64,000 bases of DNA from Candidatus Limnocylindrales bacterium (lineage in GTDB: Bacteria; Chloroflexota; Limnocylindria; Limnocylindrales; CSP1-4), in NCBI GenBank assembly GCA_051306295.1, contig JBPPMZ010000118.1, forward strand, positions 2,076 through 66,075. The letters are read 5' to 3'. How positions within the stretch are numbered: position 1 is the first letter of the stretch; every line of letters begins with the position of its first letter. This document shows positions 1-11,039 of the stretch, piece by piece. Position numbers and translations under genes: made by a program. The notes under the pieces are model-generated. The model had not been told where the DNA came from, did no database searches, and saw nothing but the letters and a program-made list of their open reading frames with translations.

Positions 1-1
1 C

Positions 2-370
2 GTGAACGTGACCTTGCAGGAGTTCGCGGTCGTGCCCGATGTCGCGTCCGTCCCCGCCGGGACCGTGACCTTCGTTGCCACCAACAATGGCCCGGAAGAC
101 GTCCACGAGCTGGTCGTCATCAAGTCGGACCTTGAGATCGGCGACCTACCGGTCGATGGGGACGGCAAGGTGACCGAGGGCGTCGAGGGTGTCACCCTGA
201 TCGGCGAGGTCGAGGACATCGAAGTCGATGCCTCCAAGGAGGTCGCGCTGGACCTGGAGCCCGGAAAGTACGTCCTGATCTGCAACATCCTGCAGACCGA
301 ACCAGATGGCTCGCTGGAAGCCCATTACGGGGTCGGGATGCGGACCGCGTTCGAGGTGACGGCTCCCTGA
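2..370 (+). CDS. cupredoxin-like (type-1 copper fold) protein, 5' end cut by window edge
   Basis: The ORF is open to the window start. It shows a His...Cys...His...Met ligand-like spacing (DVHELVV ... YVLICNILQTEPDGSLEAHYGVGM). Stop at 368-370. Confidence 0.5.
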   Translation: MNVTLQEFAVVPDVASVPAGTVTFVATNNGPEDVHELVVIKSDLEIGDLPVDGDGKVTEGVEGVTLIGEVEDIEVDASKEVALDLEPGKYVLICNILQTEPDGSLEAHYGVGMRTAFEVTAP

Positions 371-405
371 CGGCCGCGAGTCGGGCCGCGACGGCGGCCC
401 GACGA

Positions 406-2400
<1,995 letters not shown>

Positions 2401-2409
<9 letters not shown>

Positions 2410-2672
2410 CACGGGAGGGGCCCGGGTGCGAGCGAGGCATTCGCGATCCTGGTCGGTCAGACCAGCGATCGGATGTACGCGATCGCCACGCGGATCCTGC
2501 GCGACACCGATCTCGCGCAGGACGCACTCCAGAGCGCGATGCTGACCGCCTGGCGATCCCTTCCATCCCTCCGCGACCCGGGGACCGATTCGAGGCCTGG
2601 GTCCGCAAGCTCGTCGTCCATGCCTGCTACGCCGAGGCCCACTGGGTGCTCCGGGCGGACGGCACCCGCTGA
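2401..2672 (+). pseudogene. ECF sigma-70 fragment (region 2 only), frameshifted and truncated
   Basis: ...MYAIATRILRDTDLAQDALQSAMLTAWRSLPSLRDP continues as DRFEAWVRKLVVHACYAEA only after a frame change in the G-run near 2580. It is homologous to the intact sigma at 4695-5282 (WRELPSLRDPDRFESW). No region 4 is present, and the stop is at 2670-2672. Confidence 0.7.
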
Positions 2673-2685
2673 CCCGCTCGGTCGC

Positions 2686-2792
2686 GCCACTCGGAGTGCC
2701 ACTTCCAGCGCGAACGTGCGTGCGAGGTCGTCGAAACGCGCCGAATCGAACCGCCCGCCTGCACGGTCGTCATGAGATCGGCACTCAGGGTG
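2686..2792. repeat. 107-bp direct repeat, copy 2
   Basis: See copy 1. It ends 3 nt before the stop codon of the serine-hydrolase gene. Confidence 0.85.
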
Positions 2793-2794
2793 GC

Positions 2795-3667
2795 CTACGG
2801 GGTCTCGCGAGCGTACTTCGCGATGGACTGTGCCATCGAGGCAAGGTCGGGCGACTGCTCTCGGTTGGTCAGGACGGCGACCGTGATGTGATCGTCCGGA
2901 TACCTCGATAGCTGGCTGATGAAGCCGTTGATCCCGCCGTCGTGCGACACGAGCTTCGAGCCGTCGTCGTCCCCGACGTACTGGCCGTAGCCGTAGCCGA
3001 ATCCGGCGCGATCCGAGATCTCTGTCAGGGCCGTGAAGTAGCGGGCCATGTCGGCCGCGGGCGCAAGAGTGTCCGTGTAGAGCGCCTCCTCCCAGCGCTC
3101 AAGGTCGAGGACCGTGGAGTAGAGGCCGCCAGCCGCGTATGGCACGGACATGTCCAGTGGTTCTGCCACCGTGGACCCGAACGCGTAGCCGGTGGCGAGG
3201 CCTGGCGTATCGCCGTCTTCGTAGCCCGAGTCCTTCATGCCCAACGGCCCGAAGGTCTCGTCCTGAAGGAAGGCCTCGTAGGACGTCGCGGACCGATCCT
3301 CGATCACCATCCCCAGCAGGACGTAGCCCGTGTTGGTGTAGCTGAACGAGGTGCCGGGCGTCCCGGTCAGCGGGATGTCGGACACGCTTGCCACGGTCTC
3401 GGCCGGCGTCGCCGCCTTCATCGGATCGAAGTCCGCCTGTTCGGTGAAGTCGGCGATCCCCGAGGTGTGATCGAGAAGGTGCTCGATCGTGATCGGCTTC
3501 CAGCCCTTCGGGCAGGAGTCCAGGAAGTCGCAGATCGGGTCGCTCCGCTTGACGAGCCCGCGCGTCTCGAGGATGAGGATGCCCATCGCGGTGAACTGCT
3601 TCGTGACCGAGCCGGTGCGGAACCGGGTCTCCGGGGTGTTCGCCATCTTGGCGACCTCATCCGCCAT
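2795..3667 (-). CDS. beta-lactamase-family serine hydrolase domain (class C/PBP4*-like); probably the C-terminal part of a frameshifted fusion with the upstream gene
   Basis: Carries SxxK (GSVTKQF), YxN (SYTNTGY) and an HxG-type third motif (HDGGINGF). Only about 20 residues precede SxxK, so the usual N-terminal segment is missing from this frame. Confidence 0.8.
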   Translation of the reverse strand: MADEVAKMANTPETRFRTGSVTKQFTAMGILILETRGLVKRSDPICDFLDSCPKGWKPITIEHLLDHTSGIADFTEQADFDPMKAATPAETVASVSDIPLTGTPGTSFSYTNTGYVLLGMVIEDRSATSYEAFLQDETFGPLGMKDSGYEDGDTPGLATGYAFGSTVAEPLDMSVPYAAGGLYSTVLDLERWEEALYTDTLAPAADMARYFTALTEISDRAGFGYGYGQYVGDDDGSKLVSHDGGINGFISQLSRYPDDHITVAVLTNREQSPDLASMAQSIAKYARETP

Positions 3668-4698
3668 CCCGGGATGGTCGCCACGACCGCTCCTTCATGC
3701 CCGAGCACGCTGATCGACCCCGGGGTCGGCCATGCGAAGCGCTCACCGTCCGGCGACAGCGTCCCATCACCCCAGAAGGTGTCCGGGTCATCCGAGATGG
3801 GCGCGTCCTGGACGTTGACCGACGCGCCCGACTCGACGTCGACGAGCGCCGTGACAGAGGCTAGGCGCCCGACCGGGCTGACGCGCACCTCCACACGCGA
3901 GCCGTCCGAGGCCCAGTCGATGTCGGCGTTCTGGCCACGCAGGCTCGTTGCGACCGTCGTTAGATCTTCGGTCGCTGCGTCGATCACGACGACGTGGACG
4001 CTGCCCTCCCGGATCGCGAGGGCGGCCAGCCGCTCGCCATCCAATGACCATTCGGCGTCGACGACGCCCTGGACCGGGATCCAGCGAGTGACGGGACGGG
4101 TCGGATCCGCGAACGTCGTCAGGCCGACGCGCCCACTGAAATCGAGCTGAGCCAAGATCGGAACACCAGGTGCCCAGCGCTCGCCACCGCTGTAGTCGGT
4201 CGAGACCGACCCGACAGCCTGGTCGCTCGTCAGGTCGATGACATGAAGCTGGCCGAACCCACCACGCGTCACGACCATCGTTCCCGGCACCAGCGTCGCG
4301 CAATCGGCCGCTTCGCCCCGGAAGAACGGGACCGCATGGGCGGTCACGCCACCCGTGGTGACCAGGTGGGCCTGGCCGTTCGCCCAGACGTAGATCCGCT
4401 CGCCGTCGCCGACCAGGCGCCGGGGCTGGCCGCCGGCGATCAGCGCCGCCGCGACCAGAGCTGCAGTCAGCAGGGCGACCAGCGCTACGAGCGTGGCCCG
4501 CCGCGAGGCGGCCCGGGGCGATGGCCACCCGATCGGCGGCCAGCCAAGGTGGTCCGCGACGCGGATGATCGGTCGTCGCTGGCCGACGGTACTGGCCTCC
4601 AACAGCGCAGCATCGACGAGCCCGGGCGGTAGGCCCTGGGGACCGTCGGCCTCGAGGACGGAGCCCAGCAGTCGGTCAAAGTCGGTCATCGCGGTCAT
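3668..4698 (-). CDS. putative anti-sigma factor: single-pass membrane protein with a TolB/WD40-like beta-propeller ectodomain; the 3' junction is frameshifted
   Basis: ATG at 4698 overlaps the sigma stop (ATGA). One TM helix (ATLVALVALLTAALVAAALIAG). Repeated SPDG/SxDG propeller motifs (WSLDGERLA, WASDGSRVE, LSPDGERFA). In this frame the ORF runs out of frame across the hydrolase gene to 3418. Confidence 0.65.
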
Positions 4699-5282
4699 GC
4701 CAGCTGCCCTCCGGTCGCAGGTGTGCGGTCGCCGGCGGCCAGGCTGGCACGCAGTGCTCGGGTGGCGTGATGGAGCCGCGAGCCCACCGTCCCGTACGGG
4801 ATCCCGAGGATGTCCGCGATCTCGGCGAGCGGCAGACCCGCGTAGGGATGCAGGACGACGACCGTCCGGTGCTCGAGGGAAAGATCGTGCAGGGCGCGAC
4901 TCAGCTGGTCGCGCAGGTCGGACTCGGCGAAGTCGTCGGCGCGGGACGGGAGCAGCTCGTCGATCGGGATCTGGCGGATGCCGGCCCGCCGATGGCGCCT
5001 CGACTCCGCGAGGCAGAAGCGCACGACCAGCCGATAGGTCCACGACTCGAAGCGATCGGGATCGCGCAGGCTCGGTAACTCGCGCCACATCGCGACGAGG
5101 GTCTGCTGGACGGCGTCCTCCGCCTGATCCGCGTCGCGGACGATCCGGTACGCGGCCATGTACAGACGTCGGGCACTGGCATGCGCGAGTGCCTCATAGG
5201 CATCGCGGTCGCCGCTCCGGCACCACCTGGGCGGTCCGGGCGGGCTGACGGAGCGAAGACAGGCGGCCCGTCGCACCGCCAC
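4695..5282 (-). CDS. ECF-type RNA polymerase sigma-70 factor
   Basis: Region 2 (AEDAVQQTLVAMWRELPSLRDPDRFESWTYRLV) and region 4 (LPLAEIADILGIPYGTVGSRLHHA) are both present. The exact start is uncertain. Confidence 0.9.
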   Translation of the reverse strand: MAVRRAACLRSVSPPGPPRWCRSGDRDAYEALAHASARRLYMAAYRIVRDADQAEDAVQQTLVAMWRELPSLRDPDRFESWTYRLVVRFCLAESRRHRRAGIRQIPIDELLPSRADDFAESDLRDQLSRALHDLSLEHRTVVVLHPYAGLPLAEIADILGIPYGTVGSRLHHATRALRASLAAGDRTPATGGQLA

Positions 5283-5397
5283 GGGTCACCGGGAGAGCGC
5301 CACCTGCACCTACCGGCGGGCACCTCGCGACGGCGTGCCCGCCGAAGACATGATCGAGGCGGCTCACCCTAGCAGAGGACCGAACGCGCCTCGACTT

Positions 5398-7413
5398 TCA
5401 AACTGCGTCGGCGCCGATGTCCGTGCCGGCACGAGACCGGCCCATCGTCGCGAAGGCTTCCAGGGCTTGGGGGTCGACTGTCGTGCCCGCCGCCGAGACG
5501 GCCTCCACGGCGTGGCCCTGGAGGAGGCGCTTGACCGGGACCTCCATCTTCTTGCCGGTCAACGTGCGCGGGATGGCGGGGACCTCGATGATCTCGTCGG
5601 GAACGTGGCGCGGCGACAGCTCGCGACGGATGGCGGTCACGATCCGGGTGCGCAGGTCATCGTCCAGTGCGACACCTGACCGGAGGGCGACGAACAGCGG
5701 CATCCAGTACGACCCGTCCGACTCCTCGAGGCCGATGACGAGGCTGTCGGCGATCTCGGGAAGCGCGTCCACGACGCCGTACAGCTCGCTCGTCCCGAAG
5801 CGCACGCCGCCGCGGTTGAGCGTCGAATCGGACCGGCCTTCGATGACCGCCCCGCCCGATGGCGTGAACCGGATCCAGTCGCCATGTCGCCACACACCCG
5901 GGAAGCGCTCGAAGTAGCTCTCGCGATAGCGACGACCGCCCTCATCGTTCCAGAAGCGCACGGGCATGGACGGCATCGGCGCCGTGATGACCAGTTCCCC
6001 GGTCTGACCGGCGGGCACCGGCCGCCCGTCCTCCCCGAATGCCTCGACCCGCGCGCCGAGGTACCGGCACGACAGCTCCCCGGCCCGCACGGGGAGCACC
6101 GGCGCCCCGCCAACGAACGCGGACACGACATCTGTGCCGCCGCTCAGCGAGTCCAGCCGGACATCCCGACCGACCGCGCCGTAGACCCAACGGAATCCAT
6201 CGATCGGGAGCGGCGATCCGGTCGAACCGATGCAGCGCAGATGGGCCAGGTCGTGGGTCCGGCCCGGCATGAGCTCCGCGTTCCGGCAGGCCATGAGGAA
6301 CGCCGCACTCGCGCCCAGGTGGGTGACCTTGGCGACTTCGGCGAGCCCCCAGAGGACATCGAGGTCAGGGTGGCCGGGGCTGCCGTCATAGAGGACCGCC
6401 GTGCCACCGACCAGCAGCGAGCCGACGAGGAAATTCCACATCATCCAGCCGGTGGTCGTGTACCAGAGCAGCCGGTCGCCGGGCCGGACGTCCAGGTGCA
6501 GACCGACCGCCTTGGCGTGCTCCAGGACCACCCCGCCGTGCCCATGGACGATGGCCTTGGGCAGCCCGGTCGTGCCCGAGGAGAACAGGATCCAGAGCGG
6601 ATGGTCGAAGGGCACGGGCTCGAACGCGAGGTCGCCTGGCGCATCTGCCGCCTCGGCGAGGAAGGTCGCCCAGTCGATCCAATCGTCGCCATCCAGGCGC
6701 GCCTGGGCGTCCAGGTCCCGGATCAGCACCGTCCGAGTCAGGCCCGGCAACGCGGCGCGGACCTGTTCGACGACGTCGAGCCGATCGAACGACCGTCCAC
6801 CGAACGCGTAGCCATCGACAGCGATGAGCACGGTCGGATCGATCTGCCGCAGGCGGTCGACGATGCTCCGCGCACCGAATTCCGGCGCGCAGCTCGACCA
6901 GATCGCGCCGAGACTGGCGGTCGCGAGCAGGGCGACGACCGCTTCCGGGATGTTGGGCACGATCGACGCGACGCGATCGCCCCGCCGAACGCCAAGCCGG
7001 CGCAACCCGGCCGCTACCGCCGCGACGTCGCGCCTCAGGTCGGCCCACGAGACGGCGCGCAACGTCCGCCGCTCGGAGGCCGCCATGAGGGCCGGCCGAT
7101 CACCCGTGGCGCGCTTGAAGACGGCCTCGGCATAGTTGAGCGTGGCATCCTCGAACCAGCGTGCGCCGGGCATCCGAGCGTCCGCGAGGATGCGGGTGGG
7201 CGGCGTCCTGAACGGGACCTGGAAGAACTCGGCGATCGCGGCCCAGAACGCCTCGGGCTCCTCGACCGACCAGCGCCAGGCGGTCTCATAGTCCGGGAAC
7301 GCGCGACCCGCGCTGCCCTCGACGTGGGTCAGGAAGGCGGTCATCGTCGCGGCATCACGCTGCGCCTCGGTCGGCGCCCACAGGATCTCGGCCTCGGCCC
7401 GTGCCTCGTTCAT
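5398..7413 (-). CDS. acetoacetyl-CoA synthetase (acetoacetate-CoA ligase family)
   Basis: AMP-binding motif (LFSSGTTGLPKAIVH) and a typical N-terminus (ILWAPTEAQRDAATMTAFL). ATG at 7413 overlaps the upstream stop (ATGA at 7410-7413). Confidence 0.88.
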   Translation of the reverse strand: MNEARAEAEILWAPTEAQRDAATMTAFLTHVEGSAGRAFPDYETAWRWSVEEPEAFWAAIAEFFQVPFRTPPTRILADARMPGARWFEDATLNYAEAVFKRATGDRPALMAASERRTLRAVSWADLRRDVAAVAAGLRRLGVRRGDRVASIVPNIPEAVVALLATASLGAIWSSCAPEFGARSIVDRLRQIDPTVLIAVDGYAFGGRSFDRLDVVEQVRAALPGLTRTVLIRDLDAQARLDGDDWIDWATFLAEAADAPGDLAFEPVPFDHPLWILFSSGTTGLPKAIVHGHGGVVLEHAKAVGLHLDVRPGDRLLWYTTTGWMMWNFLVGSLLVGGTAVLYDGSPGHPDLDVLWGLAEVAKVTHLGASAAFLMACRNAELMPGRTHDLAHLRCIGSTGSPLPIDGFRWVYGAVGRDVRLDSLSGGTDVVSAFVGGAPVLPVRAGELSCRYLGARVEAFGEDGRPVPAGQTGELVITAPMPSMPVRFWNDEGGRRYRESYFERFPGVWRHGDWIRFTPSGGAVIEGRSDSTLNRGGVRFGTSELYGVVDALPEIADSLVIGLEESDGSYWMPLFVALRSGVALDDDLRTRIVTAIRRELSPRHVPDEIIEVPAIPRTLTGKKMEVPVKRLLQGHAVEAVSAAGTTVDPQALEAFATMGRSRAGTDIGADAV

Positions 7414-8246
7414 CGTGGCGGCCAGGCACCTTCGGGCGGATCCACCAGCCCATCGCCCCACACCTCGGGGCCGCAGAACAGGCCGTTGGGCGGCGGTTCG
7501 CCGGGTGCCACGGCCGGCAGCGATGACGGATCAGCCCGCCAGGCCGCCAGCGTGTCCGTCAGCCAGACCGCGATCTCGTCGAAGCCGGTCCACGGTTGGA
7601 ACGGCCAGCCGGCCTCGACACAGATCTGCTCCAACAGCCGCTTGGCGAACACCACATCCGCGTAGCCCGCGGCGTAGCGATCGCTCTCGCCATCGCCGAT
7701 GAACACGACGCGCCGCCCGGCCGCCCGGTGCGCGAGCACCCGCTGGCGCTTGCAGGTGCCGCACACAAGGCACGTCGGATGGCCGTTCGGGAACTCCAGG
7801 CGCGCACGTCGGCCGGTGAACACGGTCCGCGCGGTCACGACCGGCAACTCCCCGACGCCCAGGGCCTCCAGCGCCGGACGGATGAAGAAGCCGAACCCGT
7901 CCGACACGATCTCGATCGGGATCCCGGCTGCCTGCGCCAGGCGAACGAAGGACACAAAACCCGGGTCGTGGGGCTGCTGCGCGGCCGTGGCCAGGAGAGC
8001 CGCCGGATCGGCCTCCACGAGGTCCATCTCCCAGGCCATGAGCCGGCGCGAGCCCATCCGCCCGGCGTCATAGAGCGCGGCGGCCTCTTCCCAGACGCCC
8101 GGCACGTGCTCGGCCATGACCCGGTCGGTGACGTCGGTCAGCGAGATCGTCCCGTCGTAGTCGATGAGCAGGGCGAGCGGCGGCTCACCGTCGCGAAGCG
8201 GCGGCACGTCGGGCTGGATGTCCGTCGTATCGCGGCCGACCGTCAT
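7410..8246 (-). CDS. HAD-IB family phosphatase (MtnX/phosphoserine-phosphatase-like)
   Basis: DxDGT motif (LLIDYDGTIS), GDGESD motif and a CxxC pair (CLVCGTCK). ATG at 8246 overlaps the EamA stop (ATGA). Confidence 0.75.
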   Translation of the reverse strand: MTVGRDTTDIQPDVPPLRDGEPPLALLIDYDGTISLTDVTDRVMAEHVPGVWEEAAALYDAGRMGSRRLMAWEMDLVEADPAALLATAAQQPHDPGFVSFVRLAQAAGIPIEIVSDGFGFFIRPALEALGVGELPVVTARTVFTGRRARLEFPNGHPTCLVCGTCKRQRVLAHRAAGRRVVFIGDGESDRYAAGYADVVFAKRLLEQICVEAGWPFQPWTGFDEIAVWLTDTLAAWRADPSSLPAVAPGEPPPNGLFCGPEVWGDGLVDPPEGAWPPR

Positions 8247-9223
8247 GGCCGTCCCACCCGCGGGATGGCGAGCGTTCCGCGCGAGGCCCGCCGGATGAGG
8301 GCGACGCCCAGCACGATGATCGCGCCGCCGACGATCTGCCCGTGCCGGATCGGCTCGAGCAGGATGACGAAGGCGAGGACCACGGCGAGCGCCGGCACCA
8401 ACGACTGGAGGGCCGTGATGCGGGTAGGCCCCAGGAGACGGACACCGTTGAACACGACGACGTTGGCGATGGCCGCCGCCAGGAGGCCCGAGTACGCGAC
8501 GGCGAAGAGGATCGACGGCCAGCGCTCCGCCTGCTCGGGGCCAAGGGCGCCGGGCGCCAGCAACTGCCCAAGGCCGACCGGCGCAAGGACGAGCGTCCCG
8601 CCGATGGTCGCCCACGTCGTGAGCACGATGGGCGAGTGGTCGCGCAGGATGCGCGCCCCGAAGGCCGTGTAGGTCGCCCAGCAGATCGCCGCACCCAGCG
8701 TGAGTACGAAGCCGATGGGCGACCCCGTGAGCTCGATGCCGACGCCGGCCGCGATGACCAGCACCACGCCCGCGAACGACAGCGCGACGCCCAAGGCCTT
8801 GGCCGGGCCCAGCGTGTCCGTTCCGAGGAAGACGGCGATCACCGCGGTGAACACCGGCGTCGCGGCGATGAGCAGGGCGGAATCACCGGCCGGGATCGTG
8901 GTCAGGCCCACCGTCCAGAGAATCTGGTACACCCCGAACCCCAGGCCCCCCAGGAGCAGGATCCGCCAGGCTCCGCTGCGCGGAAGCCGGATCCCCCCTT
9001 CCGACCAACGCAGGATCCCGAGCAGAGCGACGGATGCCAGGGCGTAGCGCAGGAACGTGAAGCCCACCGGCGGCAGGATCGAGAGCGCGTCCTTGACGAC
9101 GATGAAGTTCCCCGCCCAGACGACCATGATGGCGAGGACAGCGGCCTCGGCGAGCCGGCGCTCGCGGCCGGTACTCCGGGCGCCGGACAGCGCGACGCCC
9201 GCCGGTCGATCGGCGGGCGTCAT
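8243..9223 (-). CDS. EamA/DMT family transporter
   Basis: About 10 hydrophobic helices with a duplicated EamA pattern (WAGNFIVVKDAL...). Confidence 0.85.
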   Translation of the reverse strand: MTPADRPAGVALSGARSTGRERRLAEAAVLAIMVVWAGNFIVVKDALSILPPVGFTFLRYALASVALLGILRWSEGGIRLPRSGAWRILLLGGLGFGVYQILWTVGLTTIPAGDSALLIAATPVFTAVIAVFLGTDTLGPAKALGVALSFAGVVLVIAAGVGIELTGSPIGFVLTLGAAICWATYTAFGARILRDHSPIVLTTWATIGGTLVLAPVGLGQLLAPGALGPEQAERWPSILFAVAYSGLLAAAIANVVVFNGVRLLGPTRITALQSLVPALAVVLAFVILLEPIRHGQIVGGAIIVLGVALIRRASRGTLAIPRVGRP

Positions 9224-9269
9224 GGGCCGGGGTCCATCCGCGCCGAGGGTCGGTAGCGCGGCGGCCGTG

Positions 9270-9288
9270 CCCGGGTCCGCGACCCGGG
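9270..9288 (-). terminator. GC hairpin downstream of the small membrane-protein gene (possible intrinsic terminator without a U-tract)
   Basis: cccgggtc-cgc-gacccggg forms a perfect 8-bp stem, 10 nt after the stop at 9298. Confidence 0.3.
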
Positions 9289-9297
9289 GAACCTCGT

Positions 9298-9453
9298 TCA
9301 GGCGTTCTCGCGGTCGAGCTCGAGCAGCTCCTCGTCCGCCTCCTCGGTCAGCTTCAGCCAGACGAAGAGGCCGGCGAGCACCGCAAGCGGGATGACGATG
9401 AGCGCGGCGAGGGTGATCCCCAGCGCGACGGCGACGGTCTTGAGGGCCTTCAT
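9298..9453 (-). CDS. small (51 aa) single-TM membrane protein, below the ORF-track size cutoff
   Basis: ATG at 9453 is preceded by GAAGGAGGAA. Translation: MKALKTVAVALGITLAALIVIPLAVLAGLFVWLKLTEEADEELLELDRENA, with high GC3. It lies 22 nt downstream of the preceding gene in the same operon. Confidence 0.6.
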   Translation of the reverse strand: MKALKTVAVALGITLAALIVIPLAVLAGLFVWLKLTEEADEELLELDRENA

Positions 9454-9474
9454 GGCAGTTCCTCCTTCTGGGCG

Positions 9475-10005
9475 TCAGGCGCCCGTGGTCGATCCGGCGT
9501 TGGGAGCCGGGGTCGGATGGCGAAGGTTCGGGGCCGCGTTGACCATCTGGTCGATGTCGTCGCGGGTGAATTCCAGGATCTCGTGGCGGACGCCGGCCTG
9601 GCCAGCCATCATCGTCCGGACGACGAACGCACCGTCCTGCTCGAACAGGAAGACGTCGTGCGGCTTCTGTTCGTCCAGGTATCGGCCCATGACCCGGAAC
9701 GCGGTCTCGTGGTAGCCGGCCTGGTGCGGCGGCGGCGGTGGGATGCGTCCGCGCCGGGCGACCGCCTCGTCCATGAACCGGGCGATGTCGTCATCGAGGA
9801 AGGTCAGGGTCTCCTTGACCTGCGAACCCATCGAGTCCGACCAGGTCCCGCCGGATGCGCCGGCGACCACCAGGCCCTGGACGATGAATCCGTCGGGTGC
9901 CTCCAGGAGCAGGACGTCCTTCATGCCGCGCTGGTCCAGGAAGGCGCCGATCGACCGGAAGACCTCCTCGAAGTCCTGGCGGGGGCTTCCCTCGTAGATC
10001 CGCAT
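9475..10005 (-). CDS. hypothetical protein with an internal tandem duplication
   Basis: ATG at 10005 is preceded by AGGAGGA. The two halves align: FRSIGAFLDQRGMKDVLLLEAPDGFIVQGLVVAG versus FRVMGRYLDEQKPHDVFLFEQDGAFVVRTMMAG. Confidence 0.7.
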   Translation of the reverse strand: MRIYEGSPRQDFEEVFRSIGAFLDQRGMKDVLLLEAPDGFIVQGLVVAGASGGTWSDSMGSQVKETLTFLDDDIARFMDEAVARRGRIPPPPPHQAGYHETAFRVMGRYLDEQKPHDVFLFEQDGAFVVRTMMAGQAGVRHEILEFTRDDIDQMVNAAPNLRHPTPAPNAGSTTGA

Positions 10006-10022
10006 GCGGACGCGTCCTCCTG

Positions 10023-11039
10023 TTAGGAGCCGGTGGTCCGGTCCAGGAGCCCGCGATCCTTCGCGCGGCGCTCGCTCACTCGGAAGACCCCGGTGGCGGC
10101 GAGTGTAACCAGCGCCCCGGTCGCCAGCAAGGACGCGACGATCGTGAGCGCATCCGGAGCGACGGTTCCGGTGACCGCGGTCCACAGACTTCCGGTCCCA
10201 CCGATGCCCGAAGGGCCGCCGGGCAGGAGCGCGTGGCGGACGCCCTCGATCCACCACGTGAGCGGCGTCGCGAGGCCGACCGCCTGGGCCGCGCTGGGGA
10301 GCACCGCGAGGGGGAAGACCACGCCGCTCACGAGGAACAACGCGCCGGCCACGGCCTCCGGGTAGTGCCACGACTCCTGACGCGTCTGGAGGCACACGGC
10401 GGCGAGCAGGATCCCGATGGCGATGGTCACCCCGAGCCCAAGGACAAGGACGATCGCGAGCAGCGGCCAGTCCACGGTCCCGGCATCGAACGGGACGCCC
10501 AGGACGGCGATGCCGACGACGATGGTGATGAGCATGCCCATCGCGCCCACGGCCAGGCGCGCGACGCCCCGACCCAGCAGGAGCACGAGGAAGTCGCTCG
10601 GGCTGACGTACAGGTACTTGAGCATCCGATAGCGCTCGCGGTCATCCAGAACGGACCAGGCCAGCCCGGCGATGCCCGCCAGCACGAGCGACCAGAGAGC
10701 GGTGCCCATGACGACGAACGCCCGGTAGCCCGGGTCCGTCCCGCCCGAGATGATGTCGAGCATCACGACCAGGATGAGCGCGGCGGAGAGGGGCTTTGCG
10801 ACGGAGTAGATGAGGAACAGGACCGGGTCGGTCCAGTTGGCCTCCATCTGCCAGCCGAGGCTGGTCGCTGTCCGGAAGCTCTGCCAGTGGTCGCGCAGCC
10901 CGCGCCCCTCCGTGCGCGCGTCGTCGAAGCCGCCCCACTCGGGCGACCCGAGCCCGGCCAGGTCCACGGAACCCGCCGGGCCTGTGGCCGGTCCCGTCGC
11001 CGGGCCAGTGGCCGGCGTCACGCCCGCGCTCATTGCCAA
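10023..11039 (-). CDS. ABC-2 type transporter permease
   Basis: Six hydrophobic helices and an ABC-2 signature region. The N-terminus carries a PATG x3 repeat. Confidence 0.85.
   Translation of the reverse strand: MAMSAGVTPATGPATGPATGPAGSVDLAGLGSPEWGGFDDARTEGRGLRDHWQSFRTATSLGWQMEANWTDPVLFLIYSVAKPLSAALILVVMLDIISGGTDPGYRAFVVMGTALWSLVLAGIAGLAWSVLDDRERYRMLKYLYVSPSDFLVLLLGRGVARLAVGAMGMLITIVVGIAVLGVPFDAGTVDWPLLAIVLVLGLGVTIAIGILLAAVCLQTRQESWHYPEAVAGALFLVSGVVFPLAVLPSAAQAVGLATPLTWWIEGVRHALLPGGPSGIGGTGSLWTAVTGTVAPDALTIVASLLATGALVTLAATGVFRVSERRAKDRGLLDRTTGS

Noticed and set aside
3418-3667. The 3' 250 nt of the propeller ORF, overlapping the hydrolase gene in another frame
   Set aside because: Its translation is low-complexity and Arg/Ser-rich (RMRSPRWRTPRRPGS...). 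The hydrolase frame carries the catalytic motifs, so the overlap is better explained as a frameshift artefact than as a real overlapping gene.
10975-11020. PATGPATGPATG tandem repeat at the N-terminus of the ABC-2 permease, as a possible slippage or phase-variation tract
   Set aside because: The three units use different synonymous codons (act/acg/aca, ggc/gga), so there is no perfect DNA repeat to slip on.
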